A DNA stretch of 64,000 nt. It comes from Raja brachyura (lineage: Eukaryota). Shown here in pieces: positions 1 through 13,947 of this stretch (the first letter of the stretch is position 1; each line of letters starts with the position of its first letter). The DNA lies in contig OY740805.1 in the NCBI GenBank assembly GCA_963514005.1, positions 12,462,001 through 12,526,000 on the forward strand, given 5' to 3'. Under the pieces are notes generated by a model. That model did no database searches, had not been told where the DNA came from, and saw nothing but the letters and a program-made list of their open reading frames with translations. Position numbers and translations under genes: made by a program.

Positions 1-228
1 CAGTGTACAACTCTATTTGAGGGCAGGGTGTGGTGGAGATGCCCCTTAAATAAGGAAAGGGTTTTCACACCATGGGGGACATGAGTATCAGTGAAATATT
101 TGTGAACACTACGATACGACGCAAATGGATGTATGTATGTATAGCCTCAAGAATGTCGGACAAATTGTTGCACGGTTCTTGTTTGGTATATATGTTTAAT
201 GTTGAATAAAGTTTATTTTGCTTAAAAT
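1..228 (+). mobile_element. Probable 3' end of an L1/Tx1-clade LINE
   Basis: (TGTA)n tract followed by AATAAA and a T/A-rich end; resembles the reverse complement of the Tx1 3' end near 18.7-18.9 kb. Confidence 0.35.
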
Positions 229-234
229 GCTACA

Positions 235-1725
235 GCTCACTGTTCAACACCATTATCCCCTCCAAAGCTGTTATAAAGCTTCAAGAACTGGGTCTCTGAG
301 CATCCTTATGCAACATGATCCTTGAACACTCATCACAGGTCACAATGAGTACAAAGTGGCAACAAAACTTGCTCCTCAGTAACCATTGTGACAGTGCCAT
401 CTCACTAGGAGGTTGCTCTGATCCCTTTAATTGGCGGTCGAAGCCCCCGCAGTGGGGGTAATCGAAGCTCCCGTGATCAGGGCAGTCAAAGCTCCAGCGG
501 CTTGGAGCTCCCGAAGTCAGTCCCTAACCAATGGACCACGGGCTCCACGATGTGAAGTCCGCAGGTTCCCGCGTTGGAGCTCCCGAGGTCGATCCCCAGC
601 AAAGGGACCGGCAGCACCACGATGTTAGGCTGCAGTGCGGACGGAGATACGATACGGAAAAAAAATCTCACCTACGTCGAGGAAAAGAGATTTAAAAAGT
701 TTCCCCCAACCTCCCCCTCCCCTCTACATAATAGAAAGCTAAAGATACACTAAGACATACATTTAACAACATACTATAAATAACAAAGAAAAGAGGACGA
801 GACAGACTGTTTGCGAGGCTGCCATCGACGGCGCCACACAGTGGAAATAACATAAACCATACATTAAGTCTATTGAAACTGTCAGTGAGATTACTGCCGA
901 CCCGCAGTATTCGTCCCATATGCCACACCATCAACAGTTCTGCATCTAAGGGTTGCTCGGTCCCCTCACTGTTCAGTCTGCACCCACGACATGCCATCTT
1001 GTTCGATGAATTATGGTTAATGATGAGGCGGAGTACAAGAGAGAGATGTATTTCCATCTCTCGATGTTCTCCAGAGATGGTGCATGAACAACTGAGTTAC
1101 TCCAGCACTTTGTGTCTTTCTCTGTAACCAGCATCTGCACTTCCTTTTTTTTCAACCTGGTCTCAACATCACTAAGACCTAGGAGCTTAGAAAAGGGGAG
1201 CAGGGGATGCACGAACCTAGAACGGTCATGGAGAGAGACTGCATATCTCTGAAGATATGTCATGGGCCCAGTCCATTGATGTAAGGATCAATAAATCCCA
1301 TCAAGCCTCTGCTTCCTTACAAGATTGAGGAGATTTGGTATGTTGACAAATACTTTCTTGAACTTCTACAGGTGTACAGTAAATAGCATATTGATTGGTT
1401 GTATCACAGCCTGATTCGGCAGCTCGAACACCCCGGAATGAAAATGATTACAAGAAGTGATGGATGCTGCCCATTCCATTAAAGGTATTGACCGCCCCAC
1501 AATGGAAGGGATCTATATGAGGCACTGTCTCAAAGAGGCAGCCGACATCCACACCACCCAGGTCATGCACTCATTTCACTCCTACCATCAGGAAGAAGGT
1601 ATAAGAGTCCTCAGGTTCAGGAAGAACTTCCATGATCCTCAGGCTCAGGAAGAACATCCATGATTTCCAGGTTCTGGAAGAACTGCTTCCCAATAACCAT
1701 TAAGCTGTTGAACACATACTAAACT
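235..1725 (+). mobile_element. Degenerate Rex1/Babar-type LINE fragments (about 235-410 and 1260-1725), interrupted by other repeats
   Basis: Translates to FNTIIPSK and FYRCTVNSILIGCITA*FG, typical of Rex1/L2-like RT C-termini; many stops. Confidence 0.6.
420..842 (-). repeat. Unclassified GC-rich interspersed repeat; related copies at 2820-3182 plus 5521-5880 (-) and about 37985-38570 (+)
   Basis: Shared blocks with 5521-5880 (GATGTTAGGC...GGAGATACGA...AAAGAGATTT...AAAGTT-CCCCC...GCGCCAC). Confidence 0.6.
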
Positions 1726-1759
1726 ATGCGATGCATTAAAGAACAGCAAATCTAAAATT

Positions 1760-4700
1760 GCGTTTTCCTTGATCGCTCAACTACATGCTGCTCTAAGAAA
1801 CCACCTTGGAGGCATTTACAAATTTCCTCTCTTAGGGTCCAGTACCAACCTGATTTTCCCAGTAATCCCCCATGATCACTGCAACATTGCCTTGCTTACA
1901 TGTCAATTGTATCCCCTGATGTACTTTGTACATTATATCCTGGCTACTGTTTGGGGGCCTGTAAATAACTCCCATCAGGGTATTTTTACCCTTGCAGTTT
2001 CTTAGTTCTAGTCACAAGGTCATCTGGTGATCCTATTTCACTCCTTGCTAAGGACCCAATTTCATTCCTGCCAGCAGAGCTACCCTGGCTTTCTGCCCAC
2101 CTGTGTGTCATTTTGATAGTACACAAAAAGCTGGAGAAACACAGCGGGTGCAGCAGCATCTAAGGAGCGAAGGAGATGGGCGACGTTTCGGGTTGAAACC
2201 CTTCGTCATTTTGATAGGATCTGTAACCTTGGAAAATCAGCTCCCAGCTGTAATCCACTCAACCACATCTCTGTAATGTTCACAACGTACCTACAAATTT
2301 CTAACTGTACTACAAACTCATCAACTTTGCTCATACTACATGCATTCAAATATAACACCTTTAATTTGGTATTCACCACTCCTCCTCTCACAATTGGTCC
2401 TGATTTTACCTGACTTTACTCTCTTATCCCTCTTAAACTTTCTGTCGTATTACTTCTGGAGAGTTCAATAACCTCTCCTGCACTCTCCTTCCATTTAATT
2501 TCATTCATAGATTACCAATTTGTTGACCACCACACACACACAATTGTGTTTAAAGCCTTATCTACGGCCCTGGTCAAGCATTTTGCAATGAACCCGGTAC
2601 CAGCCTAGTTCAAGTGGAGGCCATCCCAGCGGAACAGCTCCCTCTTTCCCCAATACTGATTCCCATGTCCCACAAATTCTAACCCACTCCCAACACACCA
2701 ATCTTTGAGGTACATGTTCAACTCTTTAATCTTATCAATCCTGTGCCAATTAGCACGTGGCTCGGGTAACAATCCAGAGATTATTACCTTTTTGGTTGTG
2801 CTTTTCAATTTAGTGCCTATTTAGTAGTTCAAGCTCATGTTTATTTGTCACATGCACCAATTAAGGTACAGTGAAATTATTTTACCATGCAGTCGTGACA
2901 ATAAAAAGCAAAAAAACTCACAATTAACACAATTTGACACAAACATCCATCACAGTGAATCTGCAGGCACCTCCTCACTGTGATGGAAGGCAAAAAATCA
3001 AACTGCTGCATCGAGGCGATTGATATTGAAGCCTCCGCCGGGCGATTTTAAGCCGCTCTGGGCAATGAAAAGCCCTGCGAAGGGGCCGATTTAAACCCCG
3101 CGATTCGTGGAGAATGAAGCTGCTGTTGCGGGAGCTCCCGAAAATCGGTCACCAACCAGGGATCTGCGAACTCCAGATATTACAAACATAGAAACATAGG
3201 TGCAGGAGGAGGCCATTCATTGTGATCATGGTTCATCGTCCCCAATCAATAACCCATGCCTGCCTTCTTCCCATATCCCTTGATTCCACTAGCCCCTGGA
3301 GCTCTATCTATCTTTCTCTTAAATCCATCCAGTGATTTGGCCTCCACTGCCCTCTGTGGCAGGGAATTCCACAAATTCACAACTCTTGGGGTGAAAAAGG
3401 TTTTTCTCACCTCTAGGTCTTAATTAGCCTCCCCTTTGTTCTAACCCTATGGCACCTGGATCTGGACTCGCCCAAACATTGGGAAAGTTTTTCCTGCATC
3501 TACTTTATCCAGTCCTTTTATAATTTTATAGATATGATCACCCATCATCCTTCTAAACCACAGTGAATACAGCCTAGTCTTTTCAATCTTTCCTCATATG
3601 ACGGTCCCGCCATCCCAGGAATCAATCTCGCTGCACTGCCTCAATCACAAGGATGTCCTTCCTGAAATTGGGAGACCAAAACTGTACACAATACTCCAGA
3701 TGTGGTCTTATACAACTGCAGAAGAACCTCTTTATTCCTATACTGAAATCCTCTTGTTATGAAAGCCAACATTCCATTGGCTTTCTTCAATGCCTGCTGT
3801 ACCTGCGCGCCAACGTTCAGTGACTGGTGTACAAGGACACCCTGATCTCTCTGTACCTCCTCCTTACCTAACCTAACCCCATTGAGATAATAATCTGCCG
3901 CCTTGTTTTTGCCACCGATGTGGATAACCTCATATTTATCTATATAATACTGCATCTGCCAAGCATCTGCCCACTCACTCAACCTGTCCAGGTCACCCTG
4001 CAACCTCCTAACATCCTCTTCATAGTTCACACTGCCACCCAGCTTTGTGTCATCTGCAAACATGCTAGTGTTCCTCCTAATTCCCTCTTCCAAATTATTA
4101 ATATATATGGTAAACAGTTGCGGCCCCAGCACCGAGCCTTGCAGCACTCCACTCGCCATTGCCTGCCATTCTGCAAAGGACCCGTTCATTCCTACTCTTT
4201 TCTTCCTGTCAACCAATTTTCTATCCTCGTCATCACCCTACCCCAATACCATGTGTTCTAATTTCAGTCACCAGTCTCCTGTGCGGGACCTTATCAAAGA
4301 CTTTCTGAAAGTCTAGATACACTACATCCACTGGCTCCCATTCATCCATTTTACTTGTCACATCCTCAAAAAATTCCAGAAGATTAATCAAGCATGATTT
4401 TCCTTTCATAAACCCATGCTGATTTTGACTAATCCTTTTACGGAAATCCAGATGCCCCATTATTACTTCTTTAATAATTGACTCCAGCATCTTTTCCACC
4501 ACCAAAGTCAAGCTAACTGGTCTGTAATTCCCCATTTTCTCTCTTGCTCTTTTCTTGAAAAGTGGGATAACATTAGCTATCCTCCAATCCACAGGAACTG
4601 ATCCTGAATCTATTGAACATTGGAAAATGATCACCAATGTGTCCACTATTTCTAGAGCCACCTCCCTGAGGACCCTGGGATGCAGACCATCAGGCCCAGG

Positions 4701-6545
4701 GGATTTATCATCCTTCAGTCCCATTAGCCTACCCAATACTATTTCTCATCTAATGAACATTTATTTCAGTTCTTCTACCCTCTTAGATCCTCTGTCCTCT
4801 AGTACTTCAGGGAGATTGTTTGTGTCTTCCTCAGTGAAGACAGATCCGAAGTACCTGTTTAACTCTTCTGCCGTATCCTTGATCCCCATAATAATTTCAT
4901 CCACGTCTGCTTCAAGTCACCCACATTTGACTTTGCTATTCTTTTTCCCTTAACATATCGAAAGAAGCTTTTACTGTCCTTCTTTATATTCCTGGCCAGC
5001 TTCCCCTCGTACATCATCTTTTCAGTCCGTATTGCCCGTTTTGTTTAGTTCTGTTGTCCTATGAAAGTTTCCCAATCCTCTGGCTTCCGGCTACTCTTTG
5101 CTGTGTTATACATCTTTTTTAGTTTTATTCTATCCCTAACTTCTCTTGTCAGCCACAGTTGCCTCCTACTCCCCTTAGAATCTTTCTTCCTTTTTGGAAT
5201 GAAATGATCCTGCGTTTTCCGGATTATGCCCAGAAATTCCTGCCATTCGTGTTCCACCATCATTCCTGCTAGGATCCCTTTCCAGTGTACCTTGGCCAGC
5301 TCCTCCCTCATACATTCATAGTCCCCTTTGTTCAACTGCATCGCTGACACTTTTGATTTAACCTTCTCCTTCTCAAATTGCAGATTAAAACTAATCATAT
5401 GATCGTTACCTCCAAGCGGTTCCTTTACCTCTAGTTGTCTTTATCAAATCTGGTTCATTGGACAACACTAAATCAAGAATTACCTTTTCTCTGGTCAGCT
5501 CCATTACAAGCTGCTCTAAGAGTCCACAGGGCCCGCGGCCAAAGCCTCTGAAGCTCCGGTCGGGTCGTAGCCACAGCGCCACCACAACCTCCAAAGTCAA
5601 CCAGCTCCGCGATGGTAAGTCCACATGTTCTGCAACCGGAGCCGTTAAGGTCGATTCCAGTTGAAGACCGCCAGCTCCATGATGTTAGGCCTCAGCGCAA
5701 ATTGAGATACGACAAGGAAAAGGTCGCATCCCCGTTGAAGAAAGAGATTTTTTTAAAGTTCCCCCACCCCCCACAGAAACACAACTAAAAATAGACTAAA
5801 ACATACATCTAGCAAGACAAAAAGAAAGACAGATGGACTGTAGATGAGGCGCAGCTGCTTGGGCAGCGCCACCACTTCCGGATAACCTCTTTCCGTGTTC
5901 TACCTATGCCATTGATCCCCAATGGCCCACGCCGACCGGATCTTTCCTCTTCCACTCAAAGTTCCTCTGCAGATCAGTGAAGATGTCCAGAGCCCGGACA
6001 TCAGGCTGGCAACACAGCCTCTGGGACTCTTGATCCTCATGACATGGAATAGTATCTATTCCCCTGATCATACCATCCCCATTGCAACTACTCTTCTCTC
6101 TATCCCCACTTGAATGGCCCCCCTGAACCATAATCCCATGGTCATGTTGTTCATCCTTCCTACAGTCGCCGCACTCGTCTGAACGGGGAGCACATATCTC
6201 AGACCTGCCTGACAAGCTCAAGGGCTGAGGCTCCTGAAACACTGTCCTCACCTCTATTCCCCTGCCTGTCTCACTTGCAGTCACACCCTGCTCGTGACCA
6301 CGGACCATGTTGGAAGCAGTTACTCTCATAGGTGGTCTATCTCCAGAAATACAGTGTCGATCTAATTCTCCCGTCCCTGATGTGCTGCAGCATTTGAGGC
6401 TCAGACTCCGTGTCATCCACTTGGAGTATGAGTTTTTCAATCAACCAGTATTTGCTGCTTGTAGTCTCTAATAATCACCAAGGGGTCGACTACTTCCCAC
6501 ATCATGCAGCTTCATCACATCTCATGATTCTGCCAGGTGATGTGT
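1760..6545 (-). mobile_element. Old CR1 LINE 5' half (ORF1 with SGNH esterase, then ORF2 APE start), split by nested insertions at 2820-5880
   Basis: 5904-6440 gives the ORF1 N-part (GDGMIRGID); 2605-2808 gives VIISGLLP...DGLHLN (esterase block); 2206-2391 gives LKVLYLNA (APE start). Confidence 0.8.
3183..5520 (-). mobile_element. CR1 LINE (HER1-like), 5'-truncated, frameshifted ORF2
   Basis: ORFs 5045-5398, 4233-4736 (KSPGPDG, NYRPVSL, QHGF, YLDFQK) and 3641-4216 (QGSVLGP, FADDTK); CATAGAAA tail at 3183-3198. Confidence 0.92.
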
Positions 6546-6569
6546 GGAAGAAGTCTCTAGTCATGTTTA

Positions 6570-9500
6570 TAGGCACATGTGCAGTTAGGTATTAGTGCAA
6601 TGGAAGGCTTGCTTGCAGCAGCATTATAGGCACATAGATTCTCAGAGATCCTAGGTATATTAAGAACAAAAGGGTTGTTATGGAGAGAATAGGCCCCCGT
6701 CAGAAGCAGTGAGATCATGTACCTGTGTCGCGAGGGGAGATGAACAAGGACCTTAATAAATATCACTTCACTGTATTTACCGTGATGAAGGTCATGGAAG
6801 TTAGAGAATTTGGGAAAGAGATCAGTGATGCCCTGAAACATATCCACACTACAAAATAGGAGGTAATGACAGACTTGAGATGTGTAAAGATAGCCTGACC
6901 ACGTGTATCTAGGAATGTTGTGGGAAGTTCGAGAAGAAACTGCTGGGACCCAGGGATAAATATTTGTAGCTTCTTGGTCAGTGGTGAGGATGCTGAAGAT
7001 TGATCTTGTGCTTTTATTTAAGAGAGGCTGCAAATACGGTCAGGGTCAACCTAATATCAGTGGTGGGAAATATACTGGACCAGAAAATGTCTGCATTTGA
7101 AGGGCAAGACTGTTTAGAGATGGTCGGCATGGGTTTCCATGTGGGAAGTCATGTCTCAGAAATTTAATTGAGCCTTTGGAAGAGGGAGGGGCAGTAAATG
7201 TCAATAAGGACTTTAGCAAAGCTTTTGACAAGATTAGTCGAGAAGGTGAGATCACATGGGATCCAAGATGAGCTGGCCAATTGGATATAACATTGCCTTG
7301 ATGGAAGGTATAGGAGGGTGGTAGTGGAGAGTTGATTTTCAGATTAAATGGCTGCGACCAGCCATGTGTCCACTGTTATTTGTCACATGTACTGGTTTGG
7401 ATGAGAGTGTTTCTGGATGGCACCAGAATTGGTTGTATGGTGGTTTGAAGTTACAACAGAATCTGGATCAACTGGGAAAGTGGGCAAAGGAATGACAGAT
7501 GGATTAGGAAGTTAAACATGAGCAGGACTTACCTAGTAACTAAAATGGCCTGCAGAGTGTTATAGAACATAAAGACAGTTCCCTGAAAGTGACAACACCA
7601 ATGATGAGGGGAGTGAAGAAGGCATGTGGCACGCTCACTTTCATTGATCAATGCATTGAGTACAATAGTTGGGACAACATGTTACAGTTGTATAAGTAGT
7701 TGGTGAAACTGCACCTGATTGTTGTATGCAGTTCTGGTCATTATACTTTAGCTGGAGAGGGTGTATAAACAGTGCACAAGGATTGTGTCAGTACCAGAGT
7801 GCTTAAGTTGTAAGGAGTGAAAGGATAGGCTGGGATTGTTTTTCTAGGAGTGTGGGAGGTTCAGAGGTGACTTATAGAGGTCAAGAATGTTTAATGGTCA
7901 TATGTACTGAAAATTAAACAATTACATTTTTATTTGCAGCAGCATAATAGATCTATAAACACAGTATACAACATAATAAGCAAAAAATTAATCAATAATT
8001 TAAAAACTCTAAACTGCACAAAAAAGCCTGATGTCCTTAGACAGTACAGCACAGGAACGGCCCTCCAGCCCACACTGTTTGTGCTGAACCTGATGCCTAG
8101 TGAAACTGATGTTATCTGCATCTACACAATCCACATCCCTCTGTTGCCTGCACTTCCATGTGGTTATCTAAATCCTCTTAAGCACCATATTCATATCAGC
8201 CTCCACCACCACCCTTCGCAATGTGTTCCATGCCCAGACCACTGTCAGTTGAAAAAAACTACGTGCCCTGCACATCTCCTTTAAACGTTCCCACTTTCAC
8301 CTTTTAGCTATGTCCTCTGGTGTTGACTATTTCCACCCTGGGGAAAAAGGATATGACTGTCTACCCTATCAATTTTCTCATAAGTTTACATACTTCTATC
8401 AAGTCCCACAACCTCTGACATTCCATAGAAAACAATCCAAGACTGTCTAACCTGCCTGTAGCTGAAACCCTCTAATCCAGGCAGCATTCTGGCAAACCTC
8501 CTTTGCATCCTCTCCAAAGCCTCTACATCTTTCCTGTAATGGGCTAGCAGAACTGCAGGCAACATTCCAAAATGGGCTAACCTATAGATCTGCATCATGA
8601 CTTCCTAATTCTTATGTTCAATGCCACTAGCAATGAAAGCAAGCATTTTTAGATGACTGCCGGTGACTGTCATAGTCGTAGCAGGTCGCCAAAAAACCGG
8701 CGACTGGACCCCCCTTCGACATAAAATTTGAAATAGAATCATTACTTTAACAACAACAAAAAAACAGTCAGCGCCGGCGACAACCTAGGTCACCTGGTGA
8801 AAACATACGTTAACCTGGCGACTCTCCTCACTGTTTGCAATTCCTCCAATTTTGGTGTACTCAGCAAACTTACTTATGGAGCCATCTGTGTTTACATCTA
8901 TGTAATTTATATATATATCACAAGGTCCCATCCCAGATCTCTGCAGACCTCTAGTGGTCACTGACCTCACAACAGAATATCCACCTTCCATCAAAACACT
9001 CCGCCCTCTATGAATAAGTCAGTTATGAATCTATATGGCCCAATCATCGTGAATCCTATACATCCTAATCTTCTGCATCAGCCTACCATGAGGGTCCTTA
9101 TCAAAGACCTTACTAAAATCTATGTATACAGATCCACCGCCCTACCGTCATCCAGCTCGTTTGTCTCCTCCTCAAAGAACTCAAGTTTGTGAGTCATGTC
9201 CTGTCGCATATAATGTCTTGCTGGCCATGCTGGCTATCCCGAATTAGCCGAAACTCTTCCAAATGGGAGTAAATCCTGTCGTGAAGAATTCCCTCCAATA
9301 GTTTCCCCCTGACATGAGGCTTACCAACCTATAATTCCCTGGATTTTCACTACTTTCTTAAACAGCATTGGCAACTCTCCAGTACCCCATCTCTGGCTAG
9401 AGGAGCAACCAAGATCGTTGTCAAAACTCAATCAATCTCCTCTCTTGCTTATCTCAATAACTTGAGATAGATACCGTCAAGCCCAGGGCAGTTATCCACC

Positions 9501-9770
9501 ATAATATTCTTCAACATTCCCAGTATCGCCTCCTTCGTGATTTAAAACTGCCCTAGCATATTTGTATTCTCCACATTGATCTCTCTATCCTCCAAATCCT
9601 TCTCCTCGGTGAATACAGATGCAAAAGTACTTGATTAGTACCTCACTTACATCCTCCGACACCGAGCATATATTCCCTCCTTTATCTTTGAGCGGTCCTA
9701 CCTTCTCCCTGGTCACCCTCTTATTTTTAATGTACCTATACAAAGCCATGGGATTTTCCTTAATCTGTTT
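6570..9770. mobile_element. Two highly degenerate CR1 ORF2 relics (about 6570-7880 on +, about 8040-9770 on -)
   Basis: Recognisable HGF...SCL.NL, DFSKAFDK, YRKDVEALERMQRRF and ISKFAEYTKIGG motifs with many stops. Confidence 0.75.
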
Positions 9771-9771
9771 T

Positions 9772-9947
9772 AGGTGGCACAACTGCACAACAGTCGAGTT
9801 GCTGCCTTAGAGTAGCAGAGACCTGGGTCCGATCCTTACTGTGGGTGCTATCTGTGCAGAGTTTGTACATTCTCTCTGTGACCACATGCATTTTCTTTGG
9901 GTGCTTCTGTTTCCTCCCACACTTCAAAGAGGTACAGATTTGTAGGT
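9772..9947 (+). mobile_element. tRNA-derived SINE (HE1-like); further copies at 13360-13648 (-), 17035-17328 (-), 24655-24835 (+), 30440-30730 (-) and 60978-62360 (+, split by an LTR)
   Basis: Box A/box B-like head (GGCACAACTGCACAACAG...GGGTCCGATCC) plus conserved GAGTTTGTACATTCTC...TTTCCTCCCACA body, repeated across the window. Confidence 0.8.
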
Positions 9948-12400
9948 CATAAGGAATAGGAGTAGAATTGGGCTATTCGGCTCATCAAGTCTACTTCGCC
10001 ATTCAATCATGGCTGATCAATCTCTCCCTTCTAACCCCATTCTCCTGCCTTCTCCCCATAACCTCTGACACCTGTACTAATCAAGGATTTAACTTTGCCT
10101 TAGAATATCTACTGACTTGGCCTCCACAGCCTTCTGTGGCAAAGAATTCCACAGGTTCACCACTCTGACAAAATAAATGTCTCCTCATCTCCTTCCAAAA
10201 AGAATGTCCTTTAGTTTTGAGGCTATGACCTCTAGTTCTAGACCCCCCCACTAGTGGGAACATCCTCTCCACATCCACTCTTATCAAGCCTTTCACTATT
10301 CTGTATGTTTCAATGAGGTCTCCCCCTCATTCTTCTAAACTCCAGCGCGTATACGCCCAGTGCTGACAAACATTCATCATAGATTAACCTACTAATTCCC
10401 GGGATCATTCTTCTAAACCTCCTCTGGACCCTCTCCACAGCCAGCACATCCTTCCTCAGATATGGTGCCCAAAAGTGCTCACAATATTCCAAATACGGCC
10501 TCACCAACGCCTTATAGAGCCCCAACATTACATCCCTGTTTTGTATACAAGCCCTCTTGAAATAAATGCTAGCATTGAGTTTGCCTTCTTTACTACCGAT
10601 TCAACTTGCATATTAATTTTTGTAAATCATGTACCAGCATTTCCAAGTCCCTTTGCAGCTCCGATTTCTGGATTCTCTTCCCATTTTGAAAATAGTCTAT
10701 GCCTTTATTCCCACTATCAAAATGCATGACTCCACACTTTGCCGCTCTATATTCCATCTGCCACTTTTCTGCCCACTCTCCCAACCTGTCCAAGCTCTTC
10801 TGCAGAGTCCCTGCTTTCTCTACACTACCTGCCCTTCCACCTGTTTTTGTATCATCCTCGAACTTTGCCATAAAGCCTTCAATCCTCGTCCAAATCACTA
10901 ATATACAACGTGAAGAGTGGCAGCCCCAGCACCGATCCTTGCGGAGCTCCACTTGTCACTGGCAGCCAACCAGAAAAAGACCCCCTTATTGCCACTCTTG
11001 TTCTTCTGCCATCCAGCCAACCTGCTATCCATGTTATCCATGCTTGCGCCTGCCCTTTGATACCATGGGCTGTCATCTTCCTAAGCAGCCTAACGTGTGG
11101 CACCGTATCATAGGCTTTCTGAAAATCTAAATGAACAACATCTACTGATTCTCCTTTATCTGTCCTGCTATTTACTTCTTCAATGAATTCCAGCAAATTT
11201 GTCAAGCAAGACCTCCTCTTCACAAAGCCATGCTGACTTTGGCCTATTTTATTGTGAACTTCTAAGTTATAAAGGCCATCCTTTATAATGGACTCTAAAA
11301 TGTTACCAACCGTCAAGGTCAGACCAACCGACCTATAGTTTCCACTATTCTACCTTGCTCCCTTTTTGTGCAGTGGGGTAATATTGGCAATTGTCCAATC
11401 TTCTGGACCAATCCTGACTCTAGTGAATCCGGAAATATCACTGCCAATTACTCCACAATATCTGAAGCCATCTCTTTCAGAACCCTGGGGTGCAGTCCAT
11501 CTGGCCCAGGTGACTTATCCGCCTTCAGCCCTTTTAGCTTCCCAACCACCTTCTCTCTCGTAATAGCCACTCCACTCACTTCCACCCACCGACTCTCTTG
11601 AATTTCAGGCACGTTGCTGGTGTGAAAATTGATGCAAAAAGTTATTCTCTGATATTTCTTTATTCCCTATTTTCACTTCTCCTGCATCATTTTCCAGCAG
11701 TCTAACTTCCACTCTTGCCTCTTTCTTGCTCTTTATATAACTGAAGAAACTCTATTATATTATTGGCTAGCTTACCTTTGTTTTCATCTTTTCTCCCCAT
11801 ATTGTCTTATTAGTTACCCTCTGGTGTTTTTTAAAAGCTTCCCAATCCTCTGACTTCCTACTAATCTTTGCTATGTTATACACCTTCACCTTTAGTTTAT
11901 ACTGTCCATGACTTCCCTTGTCAGCCACAGTCACCTCTTTCTGCTCCTTGAATCTTTTTACCTCATTGGAATGAAAAGATCCTGCATCTTCCGATTATTC
12001 CTAGAAATTCCTGCCATTGCGGTTCCACCGTCATCCCTGCTAGGGTCCCTTTCCAATCAACTTTGGCCAGCTTCTCCCTTATGCCTCTGTAGTCTGCTTT
12101 GCCCAGCTGCAATTCCAACACATCCGTTATCACCTTTTCCCTCTCAAATTGCAGATTAAAACTTAGAATATTGCGGTCGTTATTTCTTAATGGTTCCTTT
12201 ATCTTGAGTTCCCTTATCAAATGTGGTTCATAACATAGCACTAAATCCCAAATTGTCTTTTCACTGGTAGGCTCCACTAAAAGCTGCTCTAAGAATCCAT
12301 CTTAGAGGCACTCTACAAATTCCTTTTCTTGGGGTTCAATACCAACCTGATTTTCCCAGTCTACCTGCATATTGAAATCTCCAATATGCCTTTATTACAT
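9948..12400 (-). mobile_element. CR1 LINE, 5'-truncated, frameshifted
   Basis: ORFs 11963-12277, 10879-11316, 10593-10952, 10310-10528 and 10081-10296 are consecutive CR1 ORF2 pieces (QHGF, LDFQKA, PQGSVLG, RTRGHSL). Confidence 0.92.
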
Positions 12401-13947
12401 GGAGGTTAATGGACTTCTGATAGTTGTAAAAATTGTCCCCAGTGTGTGTAGGTTAGTGTACGCAGTGATCGCTGGTCGGTGCAGACTCGGTGCACTGTAT
12501 CTCTAAAGTCAAGCCTCACCAATTTCCAATTTGACGCTTCTAATCACCAACTTCAATTCTTTCCTACTGGCTTTATATTCCTCATAAGCTCCATCTGATG
12601 CCATCTTCTTAAACCTGACCAAGTTTACAACCTCCTTGGTCATCCATGGTTTCCTTTCCTTATCCTTCTTCCTCAGTAAACCATGCTAATTCTATTCTTT
12701 TATCAACTAGCCTTTAAATTACTTCCACTGTCATTTGTGGATTTACCCAATAACAACTGCTCCCAAACTACGGTCTTTATCTCCTGCGTGTAATATGTCT
12801 TGCATCAACTAAGTACCTTCCCCCAACATCCAGACATGTCCCTATTTAAAACAATCTTAAAAGTTATGGAGTTCTGATCACTATCACCAAATTCTTCTTC
12901 CACTGCGACACCAATCAGGAGCTCCTTTCCCAATACATGGCCCAGTATGATCCCTCCTCAAGTCAGACTATCTACATACTATTTCAGAAAATATACTTGA
13001 ATACACCAAACAAATTCTGCTTTGTCTAATCCTCTTCCCCTGAGTAAATCCCAGTCAATATTGGAGAAAATATCATCACCCACTACAACAACCCTGTGGT
13101 TCTTACATCCTTCTGTAAGCTGTGTACATATGTGATCCTCTATCTCCTGCTGATGTAATGTAATTGCTCTTATTTTTAAGCCTCAGTAGTCATACCCTCC
13201 ATATGTCCTCTCTGAGTACCGCCATGACATTCACCCTGATTAGCAAAGCACCACTTTTACCCCCCTCTCCATCTCATCTGAAACATTGAAACCCAGGCTT
13301 GCTGAGCTGCCAGTTGTGTCCATCTCGCAACCACGTTTCTGTACTTTCCTTTAGTTTGACTTTACTTTAAAGATACAGCATGGAAACATGCCCTCGGCCC
13401 ACCAAGTCTATGCTGTCCAGCGGTCACTTCGTACACAGGCACTATCCTACAAACTAGAGACAATTTACAGAAGTCAATTAACCTACAAGCCTGTATGTCT
13501 TTGGAGTGTGGGAGGAAACCGGAGCATCCGGAGAAAATCCATGCGGTCACTGGGAGAATGTACAAACTCCGTTCAAACAGCACCCATACTCAAGACCGAA
13601 CCCGGGTCTCTGGCGCTATAAGGCAGCAACTCTGCCACTGTGTCACCCTACATTATTTCTGTATTGACCACAGCATTATAATTCCAAGCACTAATCCAGG
13701 CTCTAAGTTCATCAGCTTTACCAATAATACTCCATGCTTTGAAGTCCTTCGTTATCCCCACATTCATGAACATCTCCCTGCGTATCCTTCCTTTAAGATT
13801 TACCTATCATAACCTCCACTTTCTCATTAGTCCTTCCCTCTGGTGACTTGCTGCCAAGGTTCCCCCCTCCACCCTTGCCATTCTGGTTTAAACGCTTCCC
13901 AGCAAACCTCCCTGCCAGGATATTGGTGCAACTTGTCCCTCTTGTAC

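Noticed and set aside
9772-9850. tRNA gene
   Set aside because: It is the tRNA-derived head of a multi-copy SINE and does not fold into a full cloverleaf
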